Source: an uncultured Methanosarcinaceae archaeon
GTDB taxonomy: Archaea > Halobacteriota > Methanosarcinia > Methanosarcinales > Methanosarcinaceae
Length of the DNA stretch: 64,000 nt
Assembly: GCA_963847185.1 (NCBI GenBank)
Contig: CAWJYV010000007.1
Span: 160,001-224,000 of the forward strand
Direction: 5' to 3'
In this document: piece after piece, positions 56,601 to 64,000 of the stretch
Numbering within the stretch: position 1 is the stretch's first letter
Layout of the letters: each line of letters opens with the position of its first letter
The notes under the pieces: model-generated
Database searches by the model: none
Seen by the model: the letters and a program-made list of their open reading frames with translations, nothing else
Told to the model about the DNA's origin: nothing
Made by a program: the position numbers and the translations under genes

Positions 56601-56840
56601 AATCCGGCTGTTGAACGCCAGGCAACCGATAGGGCATTCCGTATAGGCCAGACAAAAAATGTTGAGGTCCATAAGTTTATCTGCGCGGGCACGCTTGAGG
56701 AAAAAATCGATGAGATTATCGAGCGCAAAATGCAGGTCGCAGAGAACGTTGTCGGAACAGGTGAAGGTTGGCTGACAGAACTTTCCAATGAAGAATTGAA
56801 GGATCTTCTTGCTCTTCGAGAAGAAGCGGTAGGTGAATAA
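53631..56840 (+). CDS. SNF2-family helicase/ATPase
   Basis: LRPYQ, LADDMGLGKT, DEAQ, LTGTPVEN, GGTGLNL, WWNPAVE.QATDRAFRIGQ. Confidence 0.95.
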   Translation: MIILHAGRVGKQFFLWGESPAENEIPVARRGRKPKNQTAKPYPYDSGFENLSSALELLLGSAGRKKTENINVWVPTIGGNPVPSSPLVAEMSASKTEPVLAPWTVRAYPLEAEEVLVLLCACMGKRVLAPGIISGNDLLWWADALKFAGSLVTGQKYLPGVRGEEREYRAFWEPVFSGEDAGELAKLAKQMPPATRALSPEASAIPPEMPAALAARQFIEDTLDWIVRSEIGEKELAKETRKRKSFDSVHDAWVSALKSPDGLIYGEEKELLQLEARAREWQRPLTILTTSPFRFCFRLEEPAVEEETEENEDGERDTTKSREGIAGIEISDGLWYVRYMLQSYEDPSLLIPVKEAWKPKKGSPLKKYDVKNIRQFLLSSLGQAAGISAGIASSLEAPDPSGYSLDTKEAYRFLTESAVNLSQAGFGLLLPGWWTRKGTKTHLKAQAKVKGKKLQAGNGLTLEEIVSFDWEIALGDRVLTVKELQALAKLKAPLVKIRGQWVEVNDAEIRAALEFWKKNPHGEASLRDVIKLAVGASETADGVDIEGLNATGWIEELISRLKDKTGFEELLAPNGFSGTLRPYQYRGYSWLAFLRQWGIGACLADDMGLGKTIQTLALIQHDLEQVEEKIDRRKDSKPIKASKPVLLVCPTSVINNWKKEASRFTPELSVMVHHGISRKKEEEFKKEAMSHAIVISSYGLLQRDVKFLKGVSWAGVVLDEAQNIKNPETKQAKAARALEADYRIALTGTPVENNVGDLWSIMEFLNPGFLGNQAGFKRNFFIPIQAERDQEAARRLKEITGPFILRRLKTDTSIISDLPEKMEMKTYCTLTKEQASLYAAVLEDIEEAMEEAEEGIQRKGIILSALTRLKQVCNHPAQFLKDNSGIPGRSGKLAMLTEMLDVVLENKEKALVFTQFSEMGRMLKEHLQASFGSEVLFLHGGVPRKQRDRMIERFQEGQEHLPIFVLSLKAGGTGLNLTGANHVFHFDRWWNPAVERQATDRAFRIGQTKNVEVHKFICAGTLEEKIDEIIERKMQVAENVVGTGEGWLTELSNEELKDLLALREEAVGE

Positions 56841-57792
56841 AATGGCAGCTTACTGGGACGGCTATGGGAATTATGAGCCCACAAAGCCAATTGAAGTCAA
56901 AGGTGGAATAAAAGCAAAATCCAAACGTGGAAGCTTTGTCCAGAGCTGGTGGGCAAAACGCTGGATTAAAACTCTTGAAAGCTTTAACATAGGGACCAGG
57001 TTAAGCCGGGGAAAAAGCTATGCCCGTAAAGGCCAGGTCACCTCTATAAAAATAGAGGCCGGACTTGTAAGGGCTAAAGTCCAGGGTTCAAGCCCCAAAC
57101 CTTATTCGGTAACGATCAAAGTCCGGACACTGACAGGTTCCGAATGGGAACTCCTTGCAGAAAAACTTGCTTTGAAGCCTATCTTTACAGCAAAGCTCCT
57201 CGCAGGTGAGATGCCGGAAGATATTGATTCCGCATTCAAGGAAGTAGGACTCTCCCTTTTTCCTGAAACTCTCGACGACCTTGAAACCGACTGCTCCTGC
57301 CCTGATTGGTCAAACCCCTGTAAGCATATTGCAGCCGTCTACTATTTGCTCGGGGAAGAATTTGACAGGGATCCTTTTCTTATCTTTAAGCTGAGAGGTG
57401 TGGACATGGACGATTTTATGTCCACTCTCGGAAAGAGTACAGGTCCTGAAACCCGAAGCCTTGTGGCAGAAGCCAGGGTCTTTTCGGAAAATCCTGATTA
57501 TGAGGCCGGAACTGAAACAAGAGGTGAAAAAGAAGAAGAAATAGTTCCTTTTTCCCCGGAACCACTTTCTCTTGATCCGGAAGCCTTCTGGGGCAGCTTT
57601 CCTGAAGATACTGAAGAGAAAAAAAGCTCCTCTCTTGAGGCTCACATTCCTCCGGTTCCAGCAATTCTTCCAAAAAGGCTTGGAAAATTTCCTTTCTGGT
57701 GCGGTGAAGATGATTTGCTTGAAGTGCTGGAGGAAATCTACAAAAGAGTTTCACTTACAGGGATGATGATCTTCCTCGGAGAACGTAAATGA
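56833..57792 (+). CDS. SWIM zinc-finger protein (SNF2 partner)
   Basis: RL.RGKSYARKG, VQGS, CSCPD..PCKH, DPFL. Overlaps the SNF2 stop. Confidence 0.92.
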   Translation: MNKMAAYWDGYGNYEPTKPIEVKGGIKAKSKRGSFVQSWWAKRWIKTLESFNIGTRLSRGKSYARKGQVTSIKIEAGLVRAKVQGSSPKPYSVTIKVRTLTGSEWELLAEKLALKPIFTAKLLAGEMPEDIDSAFKEVGLSLFPETLDDLETDCSCPDWSNPCKHIAAVYYLLGEEFDRDPFLIFKLRGVDMDDFMSTLGKSTGPETRSLVAEARVFSENPDYEAGTETRGEKEEEIVPFSPEPLSLDPEAFWGSFPEDTEEKKSSSLEAHIPPVPAILPKRLGKFPFWCGEDDLLEVLEEIYKRVSLTGMMIFLGERK

Positions 57793-57865
57793 ATGCCTTT
57801 GCATATTCTTTCTTCAAACCGGGAGAAATTTTACGTTATTGATACGATATATTGTAAATGCAATT

Positions 57866-57941
57866 GCCCATTTCCAAAATATATAGCCCATTTCCAAAAT
57901 ATAATAGCTCATTTACAAAATACAATAGCCCATTTACAAAA
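57866..57941. repeat. 20-21 bp tandem repeat x4
   Basis: GCCCATTTCCAAAATATATA, GCCCATTTCCAAAATATAATA, GCTCATTTACAAAATACAATA, GCCCATTTACAAAA. Confidence 0.85.
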
Positions 57942-58524
57942 GAACATTCTGTACCAATTAGTGGGAGCTATCAAACTAAGGGCTTTCAATAAACTAAAAA
58001 ATAAAAATTCAGTTTAGTATAAAAAACTTTTGTAAGAAATTAGCTGGATATCACCTTTCATTAAATGAATCACTGGTGAGGAAAATTGAACTGAAATTGA
58101 TATATTTTAAAAATCATTCTTATGCTACTTTTTCATGCTAATTTTTATTTTTAATTGATAAAGTACTCTTGAAAATTCAACGAAAAATATATGAAACTGA
58201 TCTAAATTTATAATAATGTAATTAATTCATTTATTTAATATGTAGGATGTAATTCTACTAAATTAAGTAAAAAAGTTTTAACCTGCGAATTTGCAAGAGT
58301 CGAAGTTCATTAAAGTTCTTCAATATTGTATGCTAGTTTATTTTTTTTGATATAGTGGCATCTAAAACTGTAGAAATAAATTTATATAATAATGGCAGTA
58401 GAACTCTTGAATTTTAATTATGGTGGAGACATCTAAACATATTCAATATATGAAATACTTTAGTAAAAATATTAAATAACAGACTAAATATAATTGCAAA
58501 ATAGTCCGAAAAGGAGTATTTCCC

Positions 58525-61500
58525 GTGAAAAAAACAATTAATCGCTTTAAAAAGGGAAAAGAACTGGCTTTTATAGCCGCTTTTTTTTCAATTCTACTTT
58601 TACTGTCTATTTCCCCCGCAGCTGCATCTGTTAATGATTGGAAATTTTCCCCTCAAAACCTTGTTTCTGGTGATGCCCTTAATATAAAAGGGAGTGCATC
58701 CCCTGGAGAGAATATTGACTTATTCGTGAATTTTGAAAAAGCTGTTCCTGTTTCAGAGGGGGAGTTTGAGTACGTTCTTGAAGACGTAAAAATCCCTGAG
58801 GGCTTTAACAATAAATTTACGGTCGAAGCCATCGGAGCTGAAAACCTTAATGTTAAGGTAAAAATGCTAATCTGGTTAACAAAAAGTTCTGAGGCTTCAG
58901 GAAATTCTGCAGTAGTAAGTCAGTCAAGTGTACCCCAGGGGACCTACAAGATAAAGATTGAAGGGGATGCTGCAGAAGGTGTTTCAGAAGTAAACCTGAA
59001 GATTACGGCTTTTCAGGGAATAAAAGCTGATTCTAAAGGAAACTTCAGATATTGCTATGAAACAAAATCGATTCCTCCAGGAAACTTTGAGGTGAACGCA
59101 GGAGGAATTAAGAAATGCATAACTGTTCTGCCTGTTGAATGTCCAGGCCCGACTAACTCCATGAGTATTAATTTTACTGATAAGGTTGTTTACATACTGA
59201 ACCATACCAGCGATCTCTCAGAAGGAAACTGGATTGAGATGGAAAGTCCCTCTGAAGGAAGAAATATCCAGCTTCCTCAGCCAATAACAGTCACATATTC
59301 AGGTCCTAAATTTGAGGATTACGGAGGAGTTTCCTGGAACCTATCCTCTGATGAGAACGTAAATTATACTCTTAACTATTCCTCGTTATCTCCATGCACC
59401 ACTTTCCCAGTTTATCTACCTGGTGAGAATGTAAATATGTCTTTCTTTGGAAATTCATCTTTGAAAGGAAATGCTGACATCTATGTTCTTAATGTAACCT
59501 CTAAATCAGTTTCTGGAATTGTTGAGACTTTTACTTCAGAAAATATAAGCAACCTGGGAAGCCTTTTCAATAAAACCGTTGGCGAGGACTACAAAAACTT
59601 CTCTGCCGTTCTTGGAGAGAATGGAGATTTATTAAATTATGACATGGGATCTTTTGGTCCTGGACAATATTGTATAGTAATGGTCCAGGAAAACGAAGAT
59701 GATAGCCTTACAGTTCTTTCTGCAAGCGCCTTTGTGGTCTCGGAATATGAAATGAATGCCATAGCTCCTGCAAGTATAGTAAAAGGAGAAAATCTGGATA
59801 TAGGCCTTGAACTTGAAGGCGCCCCTGAAAACAATAACTGTACCTACGGAGCTGTACTGATCAGCGAAGAGGCATACAGGGCAAATGTAGAAATCAATTC
59901 AAACGGTGCAATTAACAACACTTCGGTAATGGTAAACGGAGTAAGCATCATTGATGAATTTGGCATTAACTCGTCAAATTATAACTCCAAACTAACTAAA
60001 TCCGAACTCCAGAAAGAAATCCAAACCTTAATAGGAGAAGGAAACGGGTCAATAGCAATAGGCGAAATCGGACAGAATTCTCTTTCACTTACTGCCTCCG
60101 AACTGCCTGAGGGTCACTACTACCTCTTTGCAGGCGCATATGACCCGAACAGGAAGATTGCAGGGCTTACACAGCTCGAAGTTGAGATTTCACCAGTGCT
60201 GGATCAAGAGCAGCCTGAAACAGTGCTTCCTGTAGCAAATTTCAGCACCAACGTTACCAGTGGTTATGCTCCCCTGACTGCTCAGTTTACAGATCTGTCC
60301 GAAAATGCAGCCGAATGGAACTGGGACTTTGGAGATGGAACTAATTCAACCGAGCAGAGCCCTGCTCATACTTATTCCTCAGCAGGTACCTATACCGTTA
60401 ATCTGACGGTAAGCAATCAGAACGGCACAGCTTTAAAATCTGTCATAGTCACTGTTCCTGAAATCCCGGGTCCGTATGCATATATTACGAACTATTACAA
60501 CAGCAGTGTTTCAGTACTTGATACAGCCATAAACGCTGTTGTAAGCACAGTGAATGTAGGAATCAATCCTTTTGGAGTTGCAGTCAGTCCTGATGGAACA
60601 ATGGTATATGTTACAAACTCAGGCAGCAACACTGTCTCTGTAATTGATGCAACCACAAACACTGCTACAGCGACCGTGAATGTAGGAAAGCGGCCTTTTG
60701 GAGTTGCAGTCAATCAGGATGGAACAAAGGTATATGTGACGAATGAATTAAGCAATACTGTCTCTGTAATTGACACGGCAACAAATACCGTTATAGCGAC
60801 TGTGGATGTAGGAAGCTATCCTGCCGGAATCGCAGTCAGTCCTGACGGAACAATAGTATATGCTGTGAATGAGGGAGGATCTGTTTCTGTAATTGATGCA
60901 GCTACAAACACTGTTACAGCCACAGTAGGTTTAGAAATTAATCCAATCGCAGTTGCAGTCAGTCCTGACGGGACAAAGGTATACATAGCAAACTGGGGCA
61001 GCAGTACTGTCTCTGTAATTGATGCAGCCACAAACACTGTTACAGCTACAATAAGTGTAGGTTCCTGTCCCGGAGGAATCGCAGTCAGTCCTGATGCTAC
61101 AAAGGTGTATGTGACGAACGAATTAAGCAATACTGTCTCTATAATTGATGCAGAAACAAATACTGTCACAGCCACGGTAGATGCAGGAAACAGTCTTTGG
61201 GGAATTGCATTGAATCCTGACGGAACAAAGGTGTATGTAGCAAATGAAAACGATAATATCGTCTCTGTAATTGACACAGCTACAAACACTGTTACAGCAA
61301 CCGTTAATGTAGGAAGCGGGCCTATCGCCTTCGGGAAATTCGTAGGTCCTGACCAGGCACCTGTTCCTGCGTGCAACACCTCAACAATCACTGGCTACAA
61401 TTTCGATGACTTAAACAAGAACAAAAAAATGAATGGTAAAGAAGTCGGGCTTTCCGACGTTACTATAAGCTTGAATGGCTACGATACATGCAGAGGAAAG

Positions 61501-61704
61501 CTGGTCAAAACAACAACTAAAGCAGATTCCACAGGATACTATGAATTCAAAGACGTTAATCCTGGTATCTATGTGGTCTCGAAAAGCTTTGTCATTGGCT
61601 GGCTGCCCACAACAAAAGCAGCTTATACTCTGACTGTTCCCTCGGATTCGACGAGCATCAGAAAAGACTTTGGAAATACCCAATTTGTCAAAAAACAAAA
61701 ATAA
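58525..61704 (+). CDS. Multidomain cell-surface protein (signal peptide, methanogen extracellular domain, PKD, YVTN beta-propeller, SdrD/CnaB-like C-terminus)
   Basis: Signal ending PAAA, PKD (PVANF..FTDLS..WDFGDG..HTY), 7 YVTN repeats, GYNFDDLNKN..E.GL..V.I.L..G.Y.F..V.PG.Y. Confidence 0.88.
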   Translation: MKKTINRFKKGKELAFIAAFFSILLLLSISPAAASVNDWKFSPQNLVSGDALNIKGSASPGENIDLFVNFEKAVPVSEGEFEYVLEDVKIPEGFNNKFTVEAIGAENLNVKVKMLIWLTKSSEASGNSAVVSQSSVPQGTYKIKIEGDAAEGVSEVNLKITAFQGIKADSKGNFRYCYETKSIPPGNFEVNAGGIKKCITVLPVECPGPTNSMSINFTDKVVYILNHTSDLSEGNWIEMESPSEGRNIQLPQPITVTYSGPKFEDYGGVSWNLSSDENVNYTLNYSSLSPCTTFPVYLPGENVNMSFFGNSSLKGNADIYVLNVTSKSVSGIVETFTSENISNLGSLFNKTVGEDYKNFSAVLGENGDLLNYDMGSFGPGQYCIVMVQENEDDSLTVLSASAFVVSEYEMNAIAPASIVKGENLDIGLELEGAPENNNCTYGAVLISEEAYRANVEINSNGAINNTSVMVNGVSIIDEFGINSSNYNSKLTKSELQKEIQTLIGEGNGSIAIGEIGQNSLSLTASELPEGHYYLFAGAYDPNRKIAGLTQLEVEISPVLDQEQPETVLPVANFSTNVTSGYAPLTAQFTDLSENAAEWNWDFGDGTNSTEQSPAHTYSSAGTYTVNLTVSNQNGTALKSVIVTVPEIPGPYAYITNYYNSSVSVLDTAINAVVSTVNVGINPFGVAVSPDGTMVYVTNSGSNTVSVIDATTNTATATVNVGKRPFGVAVNQDGTKVYVTNELSNTVSVIDTATNTVIATVDVGSYPAGIAVSPDGTIVYAVNEGGSVSVIDAATNTVTATVGLEINPIAVAVSPDGTKVYIANWGSSTVSVIDAATNTVTATISVGSCPGGIAVSPDATKVYVTNELSNTVSIIDAETNTVTATVDAGNSLWGIALNPDGTKVYVANENDNIVSVIDTATNTVTATVNVGSGPIAFGKFVGPDQAPVPACNTSTITGYNFDDLNKNKKMNGKEVGLSDVTISLNGYDTCRGKLVKTTTKADSTGYYEFKDVNPGIYVVSKSFVIGWLPTTKAAYTLTVPSDSTSIRKDFGNTQFVKKQK

Positions 61705-61923
61705 GTGGTATTAAAGTAAAGTAAGAAGTAAGAACATTTCAGAAGGGCTTGCACACTTGGACCGAGAAATCAATAAGCTTTAATCCATGATTCAAATGCA
61801 AATTTAATTGCAAACTCTGGTGAGCTTGATTTTGTACTTCAAGTGCCTAAGTCCTAATTTTTTTACTTCTTTTTAATTTTCACTCTAACTTCCCTCTTGT
61901 CCCTACTTCTTGCAGGTTTCTTT

Positions 61924-61948
61924 AATGGAAGAGCCAGCTTCTTCCATT
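61924..61948. terminator. Hairpin between convergent genes
   Basis: AATGGAAGA-GCCAGCT-TCTTCCATT. Confidence 0.45.
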
Positions 61949-61984
61949 GTGACTTCCCTTTTCGCTTTTAAGCAGGACTGCGAA

Positions 61985-62236
61985 TCAATAGCTTACGTAG
62001 ATATGGTTTGCTATTTCACTGTCCACAGCATATCGTGTTTGGTCTACTTCCAAAAGGTATGAAGGGAACCGCCTGAGCAGGGTAACAGGCATTCCTGGCA
62101 GGATGCCCATAGATACAAGTTTCTGCAAAATCCCGGGATCTTTTGTTTCAAGATGGGATATTCTTCCGGTTTTTTTAGGTTCCATTGAGCAAAGAGTGGT
62201 GGTTTGCAGGGATATGTGTGTTTTTTCTGTTACCAT
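61985..62236 (-). CDS. feoA: Ferrous iron transport protein A
   Basis: KL.SMGILPG..V, downstream of feoB. Confidence 0.88.
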   Translation of the reverse strand: MVTEKTHISLQTTTLCSMEPKKTGRISHLETKDPGILQKLVSMGILPGMPVTLLRRFPSYLLEVDQTRYAVDSEIANHIYVSY

Positions 62237-62397
62237 TTGAAAAACTTCCTAATGGATTGTATTACTTTTACTTCTTTTACGAGCTCATACCCGCAGTTGG
62301 GACAGCACTGTCTGTTACAGCTGTGCAGTTTCCCGCAGCCTGTACATTTTGTTTCATCAGCTTTCTCAAATTCGTTTCCGCAAAGAGGGCATTTCAC
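62230..62397 (-). CDS. 55-aa Cys-rich small protein (8 Cys) in the feo operon
   Basis: GTG overlaps feoB TGA and TAA overlaps feoA ATG. MKCPLCGNEFEKADETKCTGCGKLHSCNRQCCPNCGYELVKEVKVIQSIRKFFKW. Confidence 0.8.
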   Translation of the reverse strand: MKCPLCGNEFEKADETKCTGCGKLHSCNRQCCPNCGYELVKEVKVIQSIRKFFKW

Positions 62398-64000
62398 AGG
62401 CTTACCCCCAGTTCTGTCAATAAAGTCTTTACAACAAAACCTGTAAGAAATGCAAATGGGAATATGAATCCTGAGATCATGAGAGCTGTTTTCAATCCTC
62501 TTTCCTTTACTGTCATCATGAATTGCGCAATACAGGGCATAAAAAGGGTAAGGGTGACTGCTGCAACTACAAGCTGTGCGCCTGTCAATAACCCTGAGTC
62601 ATACATTCCGTAAAGTCCGGCTGCTCCGAAGTCTCTCCTGAAGAAGCCGAATAGGAAAACATCAGCTGCCTCCGGAGGCAAGCCTATCCAGACTGAAGGG
62701 TATTCCATCACTTTCAGGGCAAGGGCAAAAAGACCTGTTAGTCTTCCTATCCATATCAGGACGCTCGCCAGGATAAACAAAGGCAGAACTTCCAGGAAGT
62801 ACCAGTGCATCCTTGAATAAGTTTTTACAAGTATGTTCGAGAGTTTTGGCATCCTGAGGGGAGGCATCTCAAGGATAAATGTAGGAGCTTTTCCTGGAAG
62901 GACTCTGGAAGCCAGGTAACCTATTAAGACAAACTCGAGCATTATAATGCCTGCCCAGACAAGCAGTCCCTTCGGGTTTCCTGAAAGGATTGAAAGAATG
63001 AGGCCTAACTGTGCGGAACAGGGAATTGCAAGTGCAAGCAGGATATTTGCAATAAGCCTTTCTCTTTTTGTTTCAAGGGTACGGGTGACCATAGTCGCCA
63101 TTGTGGAACAGCCAAACCCAAGTACCATGGGAATTACTGCTCTTCCGCTAAGCCCTATTTTTTTGAACATGCCGTCAAGCAGCAGGCTAAGCCTTGGAAG
63201 ATATCCGGTATCCTCTATAATGGAAAATACAAGGAAAAAGGCTCCGACTATCGGAAGTATAAGAGCAATTGCATATGTTACAGCCTGGGTAAAAATCCCG
63301 TATTCTCCTACGAAAAGATCCTGCAGAGCAGGGTAGGGTATAAGGGATGTAAATTCTGAGGTTACCAGGGGATTTATATGCTGTCCGAATACAGTATTTT
63401 CCAGAAAGTCTACAAGGGTCCCGGCTGCAAAGACGCCTACGAAAAGGTAGAGCCCGAGGTACAGGACCAGGAGCAGCACAGGTATTCCAAGCACAGGATG
63501 GATTAGAATATTATCTATCTTTTCCGAGAACATTATTTTTTTATTTTCCGTTTCTCTCTTCCCGGTTTTACCTGTTTTCTTTTTTGTTTCCTTCTCAGCT
63601 TTTTCCCATGAAGTACCAATTATTTCCTTTTCTATGCAGCTTTTTTCTTCAGGGGTTCCATTGAAGCTGTCAATGTTTTCTTTCTCTCTTCCAGGAACTT
63701 CCATTACCTGATTCACTATTTCGTTTACAGGTTCCTGGCGTCTCAGGGTTAACAGGTATGAGAGGGGAATACTGGCTTTTGTTGAAGCTGTTTCCACAAA
63801 TTTCTGGATTTCTTCATAATCTTGTTTGAGATTTTCGTTTTTATCATCCTGTTTTTTTTCGATTTTAAGTGCACATTCCTGAGCTGTCCTGTCCCCCTGA
63901 AGGAGAAGGAGTGCAACAGCTCTATTTGAGATTCCGACTCTTTCCAAAGATTCAAGCCGGTTTTCAATTTCTGAAAGGTATGGTTCAATTTCTGTTCCGT
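62394..64000 (-). CDS. feoB: Ferrous iron transporter B (5' part outside window)
   Basis: EDTGYLPR, GLSGRAVIPMVLGFGC, IPCSAQ, FILEMPPLR.P, PCIA. Confidence 0.94.
   Translation of the reverse strand, partial: GTEIEPYLSEIENRLESLERVGISNRAVALLLLQGDRTAQECALKIEKKQDDKNENLKQDYEEIQKFVETASTKASIPLSYLLTLRRQEPVNEIVNQVMEVPGREKENIDSFNGTPEEKSCIEKEIIGTSWEKAEKETKKKTGKTGKRETENKKIMFSEKIDNILIHPVLGIPVLLLVLYLGLYLFVGVFAAGTLVDFLENTVFGQHINPLVTSEFTSLIPYPALQDLFVGEYGIFTQAVTYAIALILPIVGAFFLVFSIIEDTGYLPRLSLLLDGMFKKIGLSGRAVIPMVLGFGCSTMATMVTRTLETKRERLIANILLALAIPCSAQLGLILSILSGNPKGLLVWAGIIMLEFVLIGYLASRVLPGKAPTFILEMPPLRMPKLSNILVKTYSRMHWYFLEVLPLFILASVLIWIGRLTGLFALALKVMEYPSVWIGLPPEAADVFLFGFFRRDFGAAGLYGMYDSGLLTGAQLVVAAVTLTLFMPCIAQFMMTVKERGLKTALMISGFIFPFAFLTGFVVKTLLTELGVSL

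Noticed and set aside
57866-57941. CRISPR array
   Set aside because: No unique spacers and no cas genes. The same applies to the repeats at 22725 and 31300.
60816-61391. Long antisense ORFs (here and opposite pylS, SNF2, ramA, apgM)
   Set aside because: Shadow frames of well-supported genes with no motifs of their own.

Overview
Chromosomal window from a Methanosarcina-type methanogen (inferred from gene content and order). The core is the pyrrolysine/methylamine locus: pylT-pylS-pylB-pylC-pylD (minus strand), ramA, mtbA and mtmC-mtmB, with an in-frame amber (Pyl) codon and PYLIS-like hairpin in mtmB. An AT-rich three-gene block (flavodoxin-fold NAD(P)H oxidoreductase, flavin amine oxidase, SAM methyltransferase) lies between mtbA and ramA. 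The flanks carry housekeeping genes (aspartate kinase, apgM, cofE, secF/secD, RFC small subunit, pheS, trpS, aIF-2beta, rpl10e, moaB), ycaO-tfuA, stress and metal genes (Hsp20, CDF, 2 USPs, CopB-type ATPase, feoB/feoA), a sensor kinase, an NTPase-TPR gene, a SNF2-SWIM pair and a large surface protein. No CRISPR array, rRNA or intact transposase was seen. Main observations: (1) a possible amber-sensing control layer on pylBCD, since pylB is the only intact gene I found ending in TAG, directly abutting a CTG-start pylC, and an unannotated Lys-rich ORF with an in-frame TAG sits just upstream of pylB; (2) a radical-SAM/SPASM-like protein lacking all cluster cysteines; (3) unannotated small ORFs (8-Cys protein between feoB and feoA; basic 39-aa protein after copB); (4) small indels in six genes, including mtmB and secD, probably assembly errors. 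All calls come from manual reading; no database searches were run.
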